A DNA stretch of 64,000 nucleotides, taken from Octopus sinensis (taxonomy: Eukaryota). Of this stretch, positions 1 to 13,759 are shown in pieces (positions within the stretch are counted from its first letter, which is position 1; every line of letters starts with the position of its first letter). The stretch is taken from NCBI RefSeq assembly GCF_006345805.1, contig NC_043003.1, positions 86,304,001 to 86,368,000 on the forward strand, written 5' to 3'. Below the pieces are notes generated by a model, which saw nothing but the letters and a program-made list of their open reading frames with translations, was not told the origin of the DNA and did no database searches. A program made the position numbers and the translations under genes.

Positions 1-1610
1 CTATACGCATACGTACTTACTTAAGCACATATACGTTAGTGTGCATTCACAAAATATTTACATACGAACAGGGGACGCGAGGAAGTTAAAATGACGTTAT
101 CGAAACGAACTAGATATTGTAAGAGAAGAAGATGTATAGGAAGACTTGGAGGAGGGGGAGGAAGGGAAGGACAAAACAAAGTAAAAAAAAAAGAGGGGGC
201 GAGGAGCGGGCAAATTGTAAATATTAAAAAAAACATGAAAAAAAGGAAAGAAGAGGAGAGGGGGAAATTGTGGGAAATAAAATGGAAGAAAATTTGCAGA
301 AATTATTATTAGGTTATGGAAGTTTACATATATCCCAAAGTATCGACAAACACAAACACACTATAACAAATCCATACACACACTTTTTAAGTACATATAC
401 ATTATTGTGCGCACCGAAAATAAACATAAGAACGATAGCAAAAACGGGTATATACACATATACATACATGGAAAGCCAGGTAGTTAGGGAACTCTAGAAA
501 TTTTAAATTGTTTTAAGGAAATTAACTATATTGGGTGCGAGAAGGAGAAAAGGAATAGAAAGATATGGAAGGAAAGAAACAGAAGGTAGAAAGAGAGAGT
601 GAATAGGAACAAGCGAACTGCATACATGAAAACGCATAAAAGATACGTAAAAATGTAGGGTAACGGTTATGGAAAGTAAGATGGAAGAATAAGGAAAAGA
701 AAATTTGCAGATATTATTAGGTTACGGGTAGATATTATTTGAAAGAACTAAGAGTGTTTTTTCCAATGAATACATTTGTGAACTCTCTCTGTAAATTGGT
801 TTACCAACATGTTTAGAGAAGAGAATAAAATACTGCTCTTCCGAGCATAAAGGACAGTAAGATTTTTCTTTATCGTGAGAAGTTGTAGTTGCTGTAGTAA
901 CAACAGCAGCAGTAGCAATAGCTATGTTCTACTAGAATAACTAATGAAGAGTTGTAGGTAGAGTGTATCGGGTAGTGTAAATAACCCGATACAAGTTTAT
1001 AGAATAAGATATAATTATGTTCTAAGCCTGAATTCTCATAAATTCCGACTATTAGTTTTAACGTTTACCGATTTCAAAGCAGTGAATTTAATAAACGAAT
1101 CGACTTTACATTTACATAAAGTTTAAAATGCAAAGAAAAAGTTAAACAAGCTCGTTAATAATATGAAACTATTTGATTTAGGTATAAAAATTATTTTGTT
1201 TAGTTATTTATACTTATATAAATAACACTATTTTTCAATCGGGGTTCACTGAGGAAATATATTTATACTGTGAGTTTGATTTGGACCGTACTAGATGACT
1301 GCAAGATTACAAAATATTTTGAATATTCTGGTTTTCGACAAATATCTTTAGCAAAATGTATTTAATATCTATGAGATGTATAGCTCTTGACCGTTCTCAG
1401 CCTGTGTATAGATTTCGCCATGTTATATGTTCTAAAACATATTATAATCATTAACATCGTCACTTTTGAAAGACCATATTTTGATAATTTATAAATTTTT
1501 GAAAGAATGTAGATGGTGGTTAAGTCGTTCTTTAAATTATCTTCATGAACGGAGCGTTAAAGACACATGTTAATCATGAAGTCTGTTAACTTCACATAAA
1601 CAAATATTGG

Positions 1611-1797
1611 TTTCAAATTTTGTCACAAGACCAGAACTTTCGGAACAGCGGGTAAGTTGACTCCAATGCTCAGCTGGTACTTACTTTATCGATACCGGAA
1701 GAATTCCTCGGCAGAATTTGAACTCGGGATGTAAACACGAACAAAATGGGCTTAAGTATTTTGCTCAGTGTGCTAACGATTCTGCCACCTCACTGCC
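1611..1797 (-). mobile_element. SINE family A copy (old, diverged)
   Basis: Reverse complement of the family-A head (ggcagaatcgttagcac ... gttcaaattctgccgagg ... ataaagtaagtaccag), with internal deletions. Confidence 0.7.
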
Positions 1798-2489
1798 CCA
1801 CTTCACATAACTATTTCTTGTCCATAATATTCCGTCAAAATTTTCGTTGCTCAATATTAACGGCCAAATATGACTCCATATTACAAAGAAGAAATATTTA
1901 AGAGAAGTCAACAGATTTTGTGTTCCTGAATGACTAACATATGCCTTCCACACTGCAATCGTTATAGTTTCAATACACGGTCTCAGATCAAAACTTTTGC
2001 GTGCCAAGTATACCTCGAAATATTTTCAGTGACTACAACAATTTGTTTCTGGATAATGAATTATCAACTGCAAATAGTTTTAGCAGAGCAATTCAGAATT
2101 GCACGAATTATTTAACAGTTTATTTATAGAATTGAAGCAGTTACATGGAGTAATATTAGATGCAGATGGTTGTTATTTTTATATACTGTTTTCATGATGC
2201 ACGTTATTTCCGTTGCAAAATTACACATAAAACTGAAGTTAAATTTAACTCTGAATAAAATTCGGTAAACTTTGTAATTAAAAGTTTGACGATCTATGTA
2301 ATATAAATTCAAGAGAAAGCTAAATACCTAAACACATATACACATACAGGCACATATAATGGGCCATATTTTTTTCTATTCGTCCTCAATCTGAGGATTG
2401 CCTTGAGATATGAACTATAAAAATTCAAATACGTAGATGTTAAATGACTGAAATGATTACTGTGTACACACACACATATGTGTATACGT

Positions 2490-2561
<72 letters not shown>

Positions 2562-4840
2562 TATATATATATGTATGTATGTATATATATGTATGTATGT
2601 ATATATATAGATTTATACATACATATATATTATTACACTGATATCTACATTTACATATATATATATTTATTTATTCATTTATTTATTTATGTAGATACCT
2701 ACATACGTATGTATGTATCGGAGATATATACTCACACATATATATATATATATATATCGTGTGTACATGAAAGTGAGTACTGTGTTAATAATACATGCGT
2801 TGATGAGCTTTTATATAGAGACTTTAAATAGCTAGTTTCTCCGAAATAATTGATTATTTGTTAACAGTTATAGATCTGAAGATTATATTTTACTATGTGG
2901 AAAGAACGTGGTTCCATATATGGCAGAATAAAGATCAATAAGGAAATGAGAGTAAGAGAATATTATGTAAATAGAACGTTACTTTCTTTGCAATTATCAA
3001 ATATGTTAAAATGTTTTTCTGTAATATTGACACTATTTATGAATTCATCCGTGCAAGTTCATAATTCTCAGAGTTTTGTTGGTTAACTGAAATTTCACAC
3101 TATTCATTGTAGTTCCATATTAGTCGTTTACGAAGACTTTCATTTCCTTTTAAGAAATAATGTAGTTTCAATCAATTCCACGTTTTTGTTTCTTTGTTTT
3201 CAAATTCACACAAAGCGAACCCAATGAAAGACGATATTTGTGTGTTTATGAATTTGTCAATCGTTTATGGAGAATTGACAAGAATTTCTTTAAAGGGATT
3301 CTCGTAATTAGATTCAATAAAGCCTATTAATAAGGATAAAAACAAAAGTCAAATAAAGCATTTCAAACGTTTTATTTTTGCGTATCCGTAGTAAAATTGA
3401 ATTAAAAAAATCACTATTATTGCAAATGCATTTAAATCTGGACATGATAACTTGCAATACATTAAATGAATGCGATATTTTAAACAGCAGGAAAGTGCAA
3501 GAAAATATTACGTAATTCCAGATTATCATTAAAATAAATGAAAAACAAAAAAAATAATAATAAACAATAAAGAAAATCTTCAACATGATGACTTTAGGTA
3601 ATTTATTTTTAATTTCCTTGCAACGATAATATTCATAAGATAATTACAATTTCCTTTTACGATTAAATGCATGAATGTGCGATGGCATGTTGTGAAGATT
3701 TTCGTAATTGAGTATAAAAGCCGAAATGAAATAATTCCCAGTTGTTGATCGGATACATTTTTGTTAGATCCAAGCTCTATTTGCCTGAAGAATCATTGGT
3801 TCGTATGCTTTTAAAGGCGAGCCAAAACACTTTAAAACATCATTTTTATTTTTATTATTTGAAGATTATCTGATTGATAAAGTATGATAATTAAGAAAAT
3901 CGTATGAGCCAATGGCAAGGGGCTTTACATAGTCACTTGATCTGCTCGAAACAACAGCCAATTCTTTCTTAAATTACTTGTTTATAATACTGTTTTAATT
4001 AAAAAAATAGACACTCAAGGAAATCTACTCATAGATATATAAAATCACACGTGATGATAACTGCTGGAAGGCTTTTGGCCTCTTCAATCAGTTTTGACAT
4101 TATGCTAAAGAAAATAATAACACCGCACAACTGTAAATAGCGAGAGACTTGCATCATAGGCAAAGCTTTGCACTTCTTTTATTTAAATTTAAGTTCTGTG
4201 TACAGAGAGTCAGTGTTTGAGAGGAGCGAGGTTAGACTATCCCATCGACCCTGGCTTCAATGTATCGACTCTAAAACGGCTGAAAGGCGAAGTTGTGACC
4301 TGCACGATGAGAATGTAAAGAATTGTTTGCATTCTAGCTTTTGAACCAGCTCCTTAGTATGAATTATATAGAAATGTATTATTTGAACCCATCAAACTTA
4401 ATCAATTAAATATAATCTTAAATTAATAATTTTCTAAGATAAAAAGAATACATAATTTAAGAATTTAGAGAATGTGAAAAAAAACATTTCGCATTAGTGA
4501 CACTCAATCCATATTTTGATTGAGCCAGTTTTTCTGAACACCGAACCCACAATAATATCTGTAGTTTGTATCTTAGTCTGGCATTACATATCTATCAATG
4601 TCTTTCGCAACCAGTTAGGAGAGGTTTAAAAATTGTTCCATATCTTTCATTTATTTCTAGCGTAACCTACTAATCTAACTTAACTTTTTGATGATCTTAG
4701 TCAAGAGAATAGGACAGAAACCGTCATAATAACGTTTGAAAAGGCTGAATCAGATGACAATATGCGTCTATAAATAAGATGTTTAAATGTGTGCTCTAGT
4801 GACTTAGGTGGCTTTCTGTACTTTTATCAAATTCATATTT

Positions 4841-5146
4841 TTAAATGAGTAGTCGAAACGGCAAGTGTGATCGTCCGTGATTCTGAGAATTATCATTTGT
4901 GGAAACGTTAAGGGGTTTAGTTACGTGCAGCAAATGTATCATGTATCTGTCCTTATCAGAAAACTTCTTCAATGTATCTTTGCAGAGTTCAGGTATACTG
5001 TCTAGGGACTTCAAGCTAGAGTAACTGGAAGGTTTTTTGTTGATAGCAAAATGAAAGAAGGGTGAGATTGACATAGTAGAATCTACCCACATTCCGATAC
5101 CACGTTTTTTAGAGTGAAGTTTTTTACTGAGAATATCGACGGCCGT
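4841..5146 (-). CDS. Candidate terminal coding exon of an unidentified gene (101 aa, TAVDILSKKLHSKKRGIGMWVDSTMS...HLPFRLLI*)
   Basis: The listed ORF 4841-5092 extends upstream without stops to a pyrimidine-rich acceptor (minus: caaatttttcacccctatctatag|ACG). The frame is 306 nt of non-repetitive sequence ending in TAA, followed by AT-rich sequence containing AATAAA. No family recognised. Confidence 0.3.
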   Translation of the reverse strand, partial: TAVDILSKKLHSKKRGIGMWVDSTMSISPFFHFAINKKPSSYSSLKSLDSIPELCKDTLKKFSDKDRYMIHLLHVTKPLNVSTNDNSQNHGRSHLPFRLLI

Positions 5147-7899
5147 CTATAGATAGGGGTGAAAAATTTGTGTCTAAGAAAGAACAGGTTCCGTAGTGAG
5201 TGTTTAGTAGGAGATGAAAGGTGAGATTATGGTTGTAGCAGATTTAGCATTAAGAACTAATTAGGTAAGATAAATAAAACATGTCCCTTTAGCGTTTAAC
5301 ATTAATGATCAAATAGTAAAGAGAATCATTTTTCATTTAATTGAAATAAAATGAATTGTAACTGATTCCATGTTATTTTTTAAAGCTAATAAACAATGTA
5401 ATGAAAAGATTATTAAAATAGTAGTATGTTTGTATATACATATTTATAAATCTCGTTTCGATTCTTGCATATGCCGGTAGGTTTTTGACTTAAAAGCAGA
5501 ACGATCGATTAGTTTGTCAAATATGAGAAATCAATATATTTTTGCAGTTTTCAGGAATTTAATAAAGATTTGTTTTTGTTTAGATACAACAAACACGATT
5601 GTAGAGTTGTTAAGATATAAGATATCAAGATGTAGATTTTACTATATCATTTAAAGCTATCTAATCAGTGGTAATTTTCTTTCAATTTTCTTATATAATT
5701 TCACAGTCATTGTAAGATTTGCTAACGTATTTCTTACATGAGAAGGTCTAATAAGACCAAAACATGTCAGGAATTGTCACAGTACATAATAAACATCATG
5801 CTTAACCCTCACTGCATGTTTCAGATTTTAAAACAAATTAGATTTCTGAATCATGCCCCTTGCCATTTTTGAAAATAAAGATCGCTAAAGCTAACACTTC
5901 CCCTGCATTACAGATCTAATTTGAATATATAATTTTCAGTTATAGCTAACTACATTAAATACGATAGCACCTTTAGCATATACATATATTAAGTTACCGA
6001 TTGTAAATTGTTGTAGATTCTTCTTATTGTGATTCTGAGATCGGCACATCATTGTAGTGTTTCAGTAGATGTAGTTATGGAAAACAATTGTTATATACGG
6101 AAATATTAGTTTACGATATCCAAATCCAGAGGGAAAGTTTATCACTCAACCATTTAACTTTGCATTTGACATCAAAGACTGGCTTTCAAATCATCTCTGA
6201 TTCTTACAGGGTTAGTAACACGCTGCAGCATACTATATATATATATATGTACAAATGAAAATAATCAATCATTCTTTAACACTGAACTGCTTGTATGCCA
6301 AATATACATCACGCAACATTAATTATATTTACAATTATACGTCTATATTAGCGACAAGAGAATTCTGTTTTACTGCATTCTTTTATGTTACACACACAAA
6401 CGATCGTCTGCTTGGGTGGTCTCTTTTAACACAATTTTATCAGAATGTTGATGTTGCATTAAATATTATTATCTTTTTACTTTCGTCTACCTATAACTTT
6501 ACTACTTATATAAAAGATATAAATGTATAATTTTCACAACAATTAACTGAGAATTAATAACAAGTATCATTGGAAACCAGCTGTTAAATATACAGAAATT
6601 AGGTATGAAACTATTTAATTTAATATTTTCTAAGCTGGCTCCGGAACATGTTGAATTGCATCCTTTTTATTATTATTGTCTCAGAGAAAACAAGGCAGCA
6701 AGAACGAAAAGAAAATAATTAAATTGTCATTTAATAAGATTAGATGTGCAAAATGATAAGGTATGATTAAAAAGCAGACGAACAATTTCTTCCGAGAACT
6801 CCAGTATATATAGCAATTCTTTCATTTGGGAAGGTCGCGTGTCGGATTAAATACAATATAGTATTTAGTTTAGTGTTATGCTTTGCTCTCCTTAACTGCG
6901 CCCGAAACTAAAGGCTGTTCTTTCCCTCGAAAATATACAGTAACAGTATTATAAAACTGTTGTTGCTGTTAATTATTTGAGTGTTTCCTCTGCTATCGCT
7001 AATGCACATGAGTATTTATGCCTCTTTTGATACTCAGCGTATTCGCATTCACAAATTTCACTCTAAGGTAAAAGAAGACAACTTAATCCATTCATATAAT
7101 GATATGGCAATAGAATTTCTATTGGGAAGACGCTGAGTAGAGTAGTAAGTTAGATAACAATGAAACATCACATATATAAGAACATGGTTATATAATCTCT
7201 ATGATGCGGTGAATTACAGATTCTTTCTAGTTTTAAGATCCCACTGGATATTTATGCAGTATATCTAGGTCAAAAAATCTTAATATAAACCATATCATTG
7301 AAACATTTGAATTCAATAATTTAAGTCAATTAAGTCCACAATAGCACTTAACAATTCTACAATTAACATAGCTACTATATTTCAGTAAACTACAGATAGA
7401 AACGATAATATAATAATAATACAAAGCATTGACCTCTCTGAGTTACTTTTCTCTTTGTGAATACCCATTGGGTATGTATTATAGTTAAATCTCCTTCGAA
7501 GTCTGTATAGCCTTGATGTTCTCAATACTACTAACAATATTGCTTAGAAATAATTGATGTGACAGTATTTACCGTTCTGTAACGATATCGGGAAATAAGT
7601 TGTTGAGTTTTAGCTGTGAGGTATATATAGTTGTAACTTCTTCTAAATGGAATATCGCACTAAACTAATTAAGATTGAAGTTAAAACCCACGCATCTTTT
7701 ACGTATCGCAGGAAACATTGTAGTATTGGCTGGCCCCCATGATTTTTAACGCCTTTGACAGTGATTATAAGCCCCTTCTTTTTCATAAATTAATTCAAGC
7801 AACTCATATACATAAAACATACAATGATACCGGAACCAAATAAACAAATTCATCTCAGGGCGTTAGTCTTATAAACAGTCGAGCTTAACGATTCATTCA

Positions 7900-8270
7900 T
7901 CCTGGTGGTATTTATAAACAATATTCAGCTTATCAGTAACTTTCTGAAATGCATGTCAACTGGTTGCTTAACACCATCCCATGAAATACTTCTCAATTAG
8001 CCAAAATAGCGCAACAAAAGTCTCGTTATAAACATGGTTTCTTTTAGATACTACCGACTCATATTTTAAGTTCTTGAGTACGTTTTCTCTGTCTTGCTGT
8101 TTCTCTGTTCAAACATTATTCCTGCTCTTCTGAGTTTATTTGTGTGTCTTTATCTACTCGTCCTTCTCTTTTCGCATTTTTCTTTACCTCGCTTTCTGGC
8201 AGTTCTGCAAGCTTGTGAACAGAGAGAATTGTTTTAAGTGAAGGCAACACGCCTCGGAAATTCCTCAATC
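7900..8270 (-). pseudogene. Possible highly decayed DNA-transposase remnant (hAT-like?)
   Basis: Stop-interrupted minus-strand frames LPSLKTILSVHKLAELPESEVKK...ETARQRKRTQE and KRNHVYNETFVALFWLIEKYF. The latter loosely resembles the ALYWLAKE segment of some hAT transposases. Similarity is weak. Confidence 0.2.
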
Positions 8271-8484
8271 AAGATTGAGAACAGCGAGTAATTGAAACAT
8301 TAAAAAAGAAACTTATTTAATTTTGAGTGCGTTTTTTAAGGTAGGTGCTTTTTTTAAGGATCTTACAAACAATATATATATAGAAAAAGAAAGAATGCGA
8401 ATTTTCTAATATTCTAGTTCATTTTAGAAGCATCGTGTCTGTGTTTAATAATTCTGTGCATTATTGGCACATGGCGAATCATTT

Positions 8485-8655
8485 TAGGGAAAGGGTATAC
8501 TCAATTATCTCGATCCCTGGTACATATTTTATCGGCGCTGAAAGAATGGAACGTAAAGTCGACTTGGACAGAATTTGAACTAGGAATGTATAGCCGGAAG
8601 AAATGCCGCTAATTATTTTGTTCGGCGTCCTAATGATTTTGCCGGCTTAGCGCCA
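8485..8655 (-). mobile_element. SINE family A copy (diverged)
   Basis: ggtacatattttatcggcgctgaaagaatggaacgtaaagtcgacttggacagaatttgaact matches the family-A core in reverse. Confidence 0.6.
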
Positions 8656-8922
8656 CGCGCTTGCGTTTAACAATAGCATACTCATCTTTCTCTAACTTAA
8701 GCACTAGCAACTTCCATCCTACAAACTCGTTCTGCATCTAAATTACAGTTGAACAAGGTGTTTTCTGGCAAAGAAAGACAGGTAGGCTTGAATTATTAAT
8801 CTCATGTTTAAATCCAGAAAAACATGTATATATCAGGCTGAGTAAAGCGTAAGAAATCCATCACAATATATTTTCAACAAAGCGGAAATTTATTCATCAA
8901 AATAAGTACAATCAACACATTT

Positions 8923-9130
8923 TTACCAACGAGTTACAAGTTTGTTTATTCCGGTAACACAAAAATCTGGAGTTCTGGAGCTGATGAACTCTTGGAATGC
9001 CCTTTCAGCATTGGTTTGATTTTTGAACTCCTCTCGCACTAAACCATCAAGGTGCTTGAAAAAGTGGTAGTCGTTAGGAGAAAGGTCTGGGGAATAAGCC
9101 AAGTGGGGAAAAACATCAATAAAACCAATA
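8923..9130 (-). pseudogene. mariner-type transposase C-terminal fragment
   Basis: FPHLAYSPDLSPNDYHFFKHL...FQEFISSRTPDFCVTGINKLVTRW contains the mariner YSPDLAP.D motif and the terminal GI.KL..RW motif. Confidence 0.85.
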
Positions 9131-10734
9131 CACTCCAAGTCAAAATATAAACTGTTTATGACAATCAAACAGCCTCAACATAATCGAGTTTGCAACGGAA
9201 AGTGGCCGGTCACTTCTAAGGCCTTTGAAAATACCCTATTTTGTATCAGTACATAGTAATGTAAATTCTCTACTCACTAGATTACTTTTATAACTATGGA
9301 TTTGTGCGCTGCTCTTGCATACTGACAGACTTCATCGTACTGGATAAACTGCAGTCCTCTACAATTTCTGTTTCACCAATGATCTGTTAATATCTTTCTC
9401 TCAGTCTCAGTCTATATGTCTTTTCTCGCTAACACAAATACAGCTAGTGTTCCTCAACTTTGCTGATTGCATGTTTCACCTACCAAGACGCACTAAATTA
9501 TCTTGTATCACACTAAACATTTTCTACGGTTATTTGTTTAAAACTGAATCTTTTAAAAATACTTTCCCTGTATACTTCCTAGTCAGATCAATGCGAAAAC
9601 TATAGTTTAAAAAAACTGACTTTAATAACATTTATTAACCTCTGTTATAAGCACGTAGAAAACTATAAATCCGGTAATATGTGAGTCACTTGGAACTCTT
9701 ATTCGTAGACATAGTTTTAAATGCTTTGGATAGTCACTCAAATCTGATGATAAAATGTTTGATAATGTCACACGTTCTTAGAGAGAATAGTCATTTCATT
9801 AGTAACTATTTAGTTCATACTGTTAATATGATAATTTTAAAGTAAATATTAAGTATGTTAATGATATTTTAGTTCATTATTATATATTAACCGGTAATTC
9901 AGCTGGATCAATGGACCGGTTTTATTGTTCATATCTGACGAATTGTTGTTCATATCTGACAATATACTCTGTTTCATACCAGCAAACAATCGAATAGTTG
10001 TAAATATTTCTGAAATACACTTTCAATTACTTGCAAATATATATGGTGTTTGTTTCTGAGATATTCTGAAATTTGATAGAAAGTTTGCTTTCAATGATGA
10101 TATGTATCTTAACATAAATATGTGTCAAGATATCCCCATATACATTTTTAAAAAAATCACCTCTTTTAGCTGCTATTCTGAAATGTCAATAGCGAATGAA
10201 AACAGCAAAATATATTGAATTATATTAATCTTCACTTGAAATTTAGTATTAGTGAACACTTTTCATGCTTAATATGATATATATCTATATCAAATATCAA
10301 TATTTTACTGGTAATCAAATATGGCATTTTAAAATTAAATTATTTTCAGAGTGAAATATAAGCCACATAATTATAATTTAGGAATTTTAAATCTCCTTAT
10401 ATCAGTGAAAAGCGTGTAGAGTATACGAAGAGAATGATGTGTAAAATCTCTGAACCAATCCCGACAGCCAACCAACTCTTTACATTCCTTTTTTACTTTT
10501 ACTTATAGTTTTTATTGATGGTAATGATAAAGATTGTTTTGTAGTTGGTTAGCTATCTTTTATAACTGATGCTGGAATCAACGTTACTTCGTCTTCAAAC
10601 ATTAGAATCTGTATGTAGTTCTCTCTTTCTCAATCAAATTTAATATGTATCCAATTCCTACCCCACTCGTCTGTCTCTTATGTATCTGCTTTCCTTATGC
10701 CTTCCCCTCACCTCTCTTTCCTTACTAAAGGAAA

Positions 10735-10948
10735 AATAGTTTCAAATTTTGTCACAAGGCCAGAAATTTCGGGACAGGGACAAAGACAATTTCATCGACG
10801 CCAGTGCTCAGCTGTTACTTATTTTATCGATCCCTAAAGGATGAAAGGCAAAGTCGATTTCGGCGGAATGTGAATTCAAAACATACAGAAAGACGAAATG
10901 CTGTTAAGCATTTTTCTCCCCATGCTGATGATTCTGCCAGTTCGCCGT
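10735..10948 (-). mobile_element. SINE family A copy
   Basis: ttttatcgatccctaaaggatgaaaggcaaagtcgatttcggcggaatgtgaattc ... gattctgccagttcgccg. Confidence 0.8.
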
Positions 10949-11160
10949 AAAAGTAATATTAATGATAGCCTAGAAATGGATATCTGACGATTCATTCAAC
11001 TTATCCATGGCATAAAGGCAAATACCATTTTATTCTATGCGAAATGTATATGGTTTACCAACTTATTCCCCATACACCAATATGACAAAAAAGATATATG
11101 TGGCTATGCTGTCACTTACCCTATACACAGAGAATGGATATATTTTTAAACATCATACTC

Positions 11161-11573
11161 TCTTTTCTCTCTTTTACTTGTTTCAGTCATTTGACTGCGG
11201 CCATGCTGAAGCACCGCCTTTTAGTCGAGCAAATCGACCCCAGGACTTATTCTTTGTAAGCCCAGTACTTATTCTATCGGTCTCTTTTGCCGAACCGCTA
11301 AGTGACGGGGACGTAAACACACCAGCATCGGTTGTCAAGCAATGCTAGGGGGACAAACACAGACATACAAACACATACAAACATATATATATATATATAT
11401 ACATATATACGACAGGCTTCTTTCAGTTTCCGTCTACCAAATCCACTCACAAGGCATTGGTCGGCCCGGGGCTATAGCAGAAGACACTTGCCCAAGATGC
11501 CACGCAGTGGGACTGAACCCGGAACCATGTGGTTGGTTAGCAAGCTACTTACCACACAGCCACTCCTGCGCCT
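11161..11573 (-). mobile_element. SINE family B, full length (tRNA-like head, CORE-like segment, internal TA/TG microsatellite)
   Basis: Minus strand: ggcgcaggagtggctgtgtggtaag (A box), ggttcagtccc (B box), ttgggcaagtgtcttct (CORE-like). Nearly identical to the copies at 11973 and 20976. Confidence 0.9.
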
Positions 11574-11972
11574 ATCATAATTATTTTTTTGAAATTAACT
11601 CGTAATTTAATCGAATATTTTTTATCTGTGTTGTTAATTCCATTAGCTGCTTCTTTCATTTTTCAGCAGAAACAAAAATTGTTTATAGTTTTGTTTCGAA
11701 GGATATCAGTTACAATCATTATTAGTTAAATTCAGTTATCCATTGAATTTTTGAAATTCAAACGTATTCCTGCACGTTCAGTTAGTTCATTTACACATTA
11801 CCTTCGAATCTCCTCACAACCTGTTCCTGCTTCCTCTCCTTATGTTTTACGATCAACTTTTGCAAATTTTATTTCATAATTTTAAGAACAGTTCTGTCAC
11901 TGATGAACACAGCATATGTTACATACATATTTTCTTACATACGCACCTAGGTAAAAAAATATAAATTGATAT

Positions 11973-12163
11973 ACTCTTTTACTCTTTTACGGCCATGCTG
12001 GAGCACCGCCTTTAATCGAGCAAATCGACCCCGGGACTTATTCTTTGTGAAAGCCCAGTACTTATTCTATCGGTCTTTTTTGCCGAACCGCTAAGTGACG
12101 GGGTCGTAAACACACCAGCATCGGTTGTCAAGCAATGCTAGGGGACAAACACAGACACACAAT

Positions 12164-12227
<64 letters not shown>

Positions 12228-12393
12228 TACGACAGGCTTCTTTCAGTTTCCGTCTACCTAATCCACTCACGAGGCATTGGTCGGCCCGGGGCTATAGCAG
12301 AAGACACTTGCCCAAGATGCCACGCAGTGGGACTGAACCCGGAACCATGTGGTTGGTTAGCAAGCTACTTGCCACTCAGCCACTCCTGCGCCT
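11973..12393 (-). mobile_element. SINE family B, second copy in direct orientation
   Basis: Nearly identical to 11161-11573, with a longer microsatellite and a ~20-bp deletion near the 3' end. Confidence 0.9.
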
Positions 12394-13482
12394 GATATGT
12401 TTAGTTATATATATATATATACTTCAATTCATTTTCCTTAGCAAGTCATTATCGCTCACTCCATATATATATACACACATTATGTGCGCTCGAATGTATG
12501 TATGGGCATATGTACACATATACGTAACATGGTTGATGAACCCAACACAAAATTAACTACTATTTAGTAACAACGCTCGGAAATACATGAGTATACGAGG
12601 TGAAGAACGGGTGCGCTGAAAATGCGCATAGGATTGACAGACCTCTAGTTCTAGTCAGAGCATTCATCACGGTGATGGACACTAGAATTTTCATTCCGCT
12701 ACTATTTTGTGGGTTCTTTTGGCGGGAGAAGGCTAGAAAGTAATGCTTCCTTCTATTGATGATCCCAGCATTCATATCGATCCTTTCTTGTTTCAGGCAC
12801 TTGATAGATGACACGTAAACATTTTTTATTTGTGCTGTATAAGCGTCTTTGTTATGATCTCTGCGACATACAGCCATTTTCAAACACGGCAGTACATTAT
12901 TGCATATACATGCGTCTATACGGATACATTCATATATACACATTCATACACGCACATGCATATATGTGTGCTTTCATATATAAGTGTAGTCACATACAGA
13001 TACACATAAGCTAATACACGCATACATATGGACACACACACACACACACACATACACACACACACACATCACACGCAGGAATATTACCGACTTATTAGAA
13101 GAAAAAAAAATGTCACCAACGAAAGAATCACATTGATTTTGCAAATAAATTTCATGGTCGATGCTTTGTTTATATTCAAAATCAAGACGTTGCTTAGTTT
13201 TACCAAAGTATAAGACTGCAAGATGAAGACAGATCCTTCAAATGCACGATATGTGTGCATATGAATGCACGAATTACGTTCCTAAGCTAGTTTTATCTCT
13301 GGTCCTCTGATTTGTTCATTCGTCTGATAATGAAAAGGACATATTAATATAAATGTCATTTGTCGCTCCGGTTGTGTTTTCTGTTTTCTTAGAGTAACGC
13401 AGCGAGATCTTTACACATTATATGTTGTTGCAATGCTATACACTTGGAGACTAAATTGAATCGATATAATTCTGTTGATAAG

Positions 13483-13711
13483 GCGGCGAGCTGGCAGAAC
13501 CGTTAGCACACCGGGCGAAATGCGTAGCAGTATTTCGTCTGCCGTTACGTTCTGAGTTCAAATTCCGCCGAGGTCGACTTTGCCTTTCATTCTTTCGGGG
13601 TCGATAAATTAAGTACCAGTTAAGCACTGGGGTCGATGTAATCGTCTTAATCCGTTTTTCTGTCCTTGTTTGTCCTCTCTATGTTTAGCCCCTTGTGGGT
13701 AATAAAGAAAC
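13483..13711 (+). mobile_element. SINE family A, long variant, with target-site duplication
   Basis: Head gcggcgagctggcagaaccgttagc, B box gagttcaaattcc. TSD atataattctgttga(t/c)aag at 13464-13482 and 13712-13730. Confidence 0.92.
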
Positions 13712-13759
13712 ATATAATTCTGTTGACAAGTCCACACCATATTATTTTCAACTTGTAAC

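Noticed and set aside
1-760. Purine-rich block with a ~27-bp direct repeat (about 288-316 and 699-724), compositionally similar to the reverse of 63480-64000
   Set aside because: Probably a decayed retroelement UTR, but there is no diagnostic motif and it is cut by the window edge.
2309-2831. Long ORFs of YI/MYVC/poly-N/poly-L type throughout the track
   Set aside because: Translations of microsatellites, which lack stops in some frames.
6066-6210. Several plus-strand AG...GT open segments (also 8702-8781, 20561-20624, about 25030-25109)
   Set aside because: Expected by chance in AT-rich DNA; the peptides are unrecognisable and cannot be chained into a gene.
11332-12556. Recurrent ORFs RQASFSFRLPNPLTRHWSARG... 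(also 20948-21193)
   Set aside because: Antisense translation of SINE B copies, not a gene family.
12560-12943. 127-aa ORF in a relatively GC-rich patch; ggattgacag resembles 18S rRNA
   Set aside because: The ORF starts in a microsatellite and has no recognisable motif; the rRNA match is only about 10 nt.
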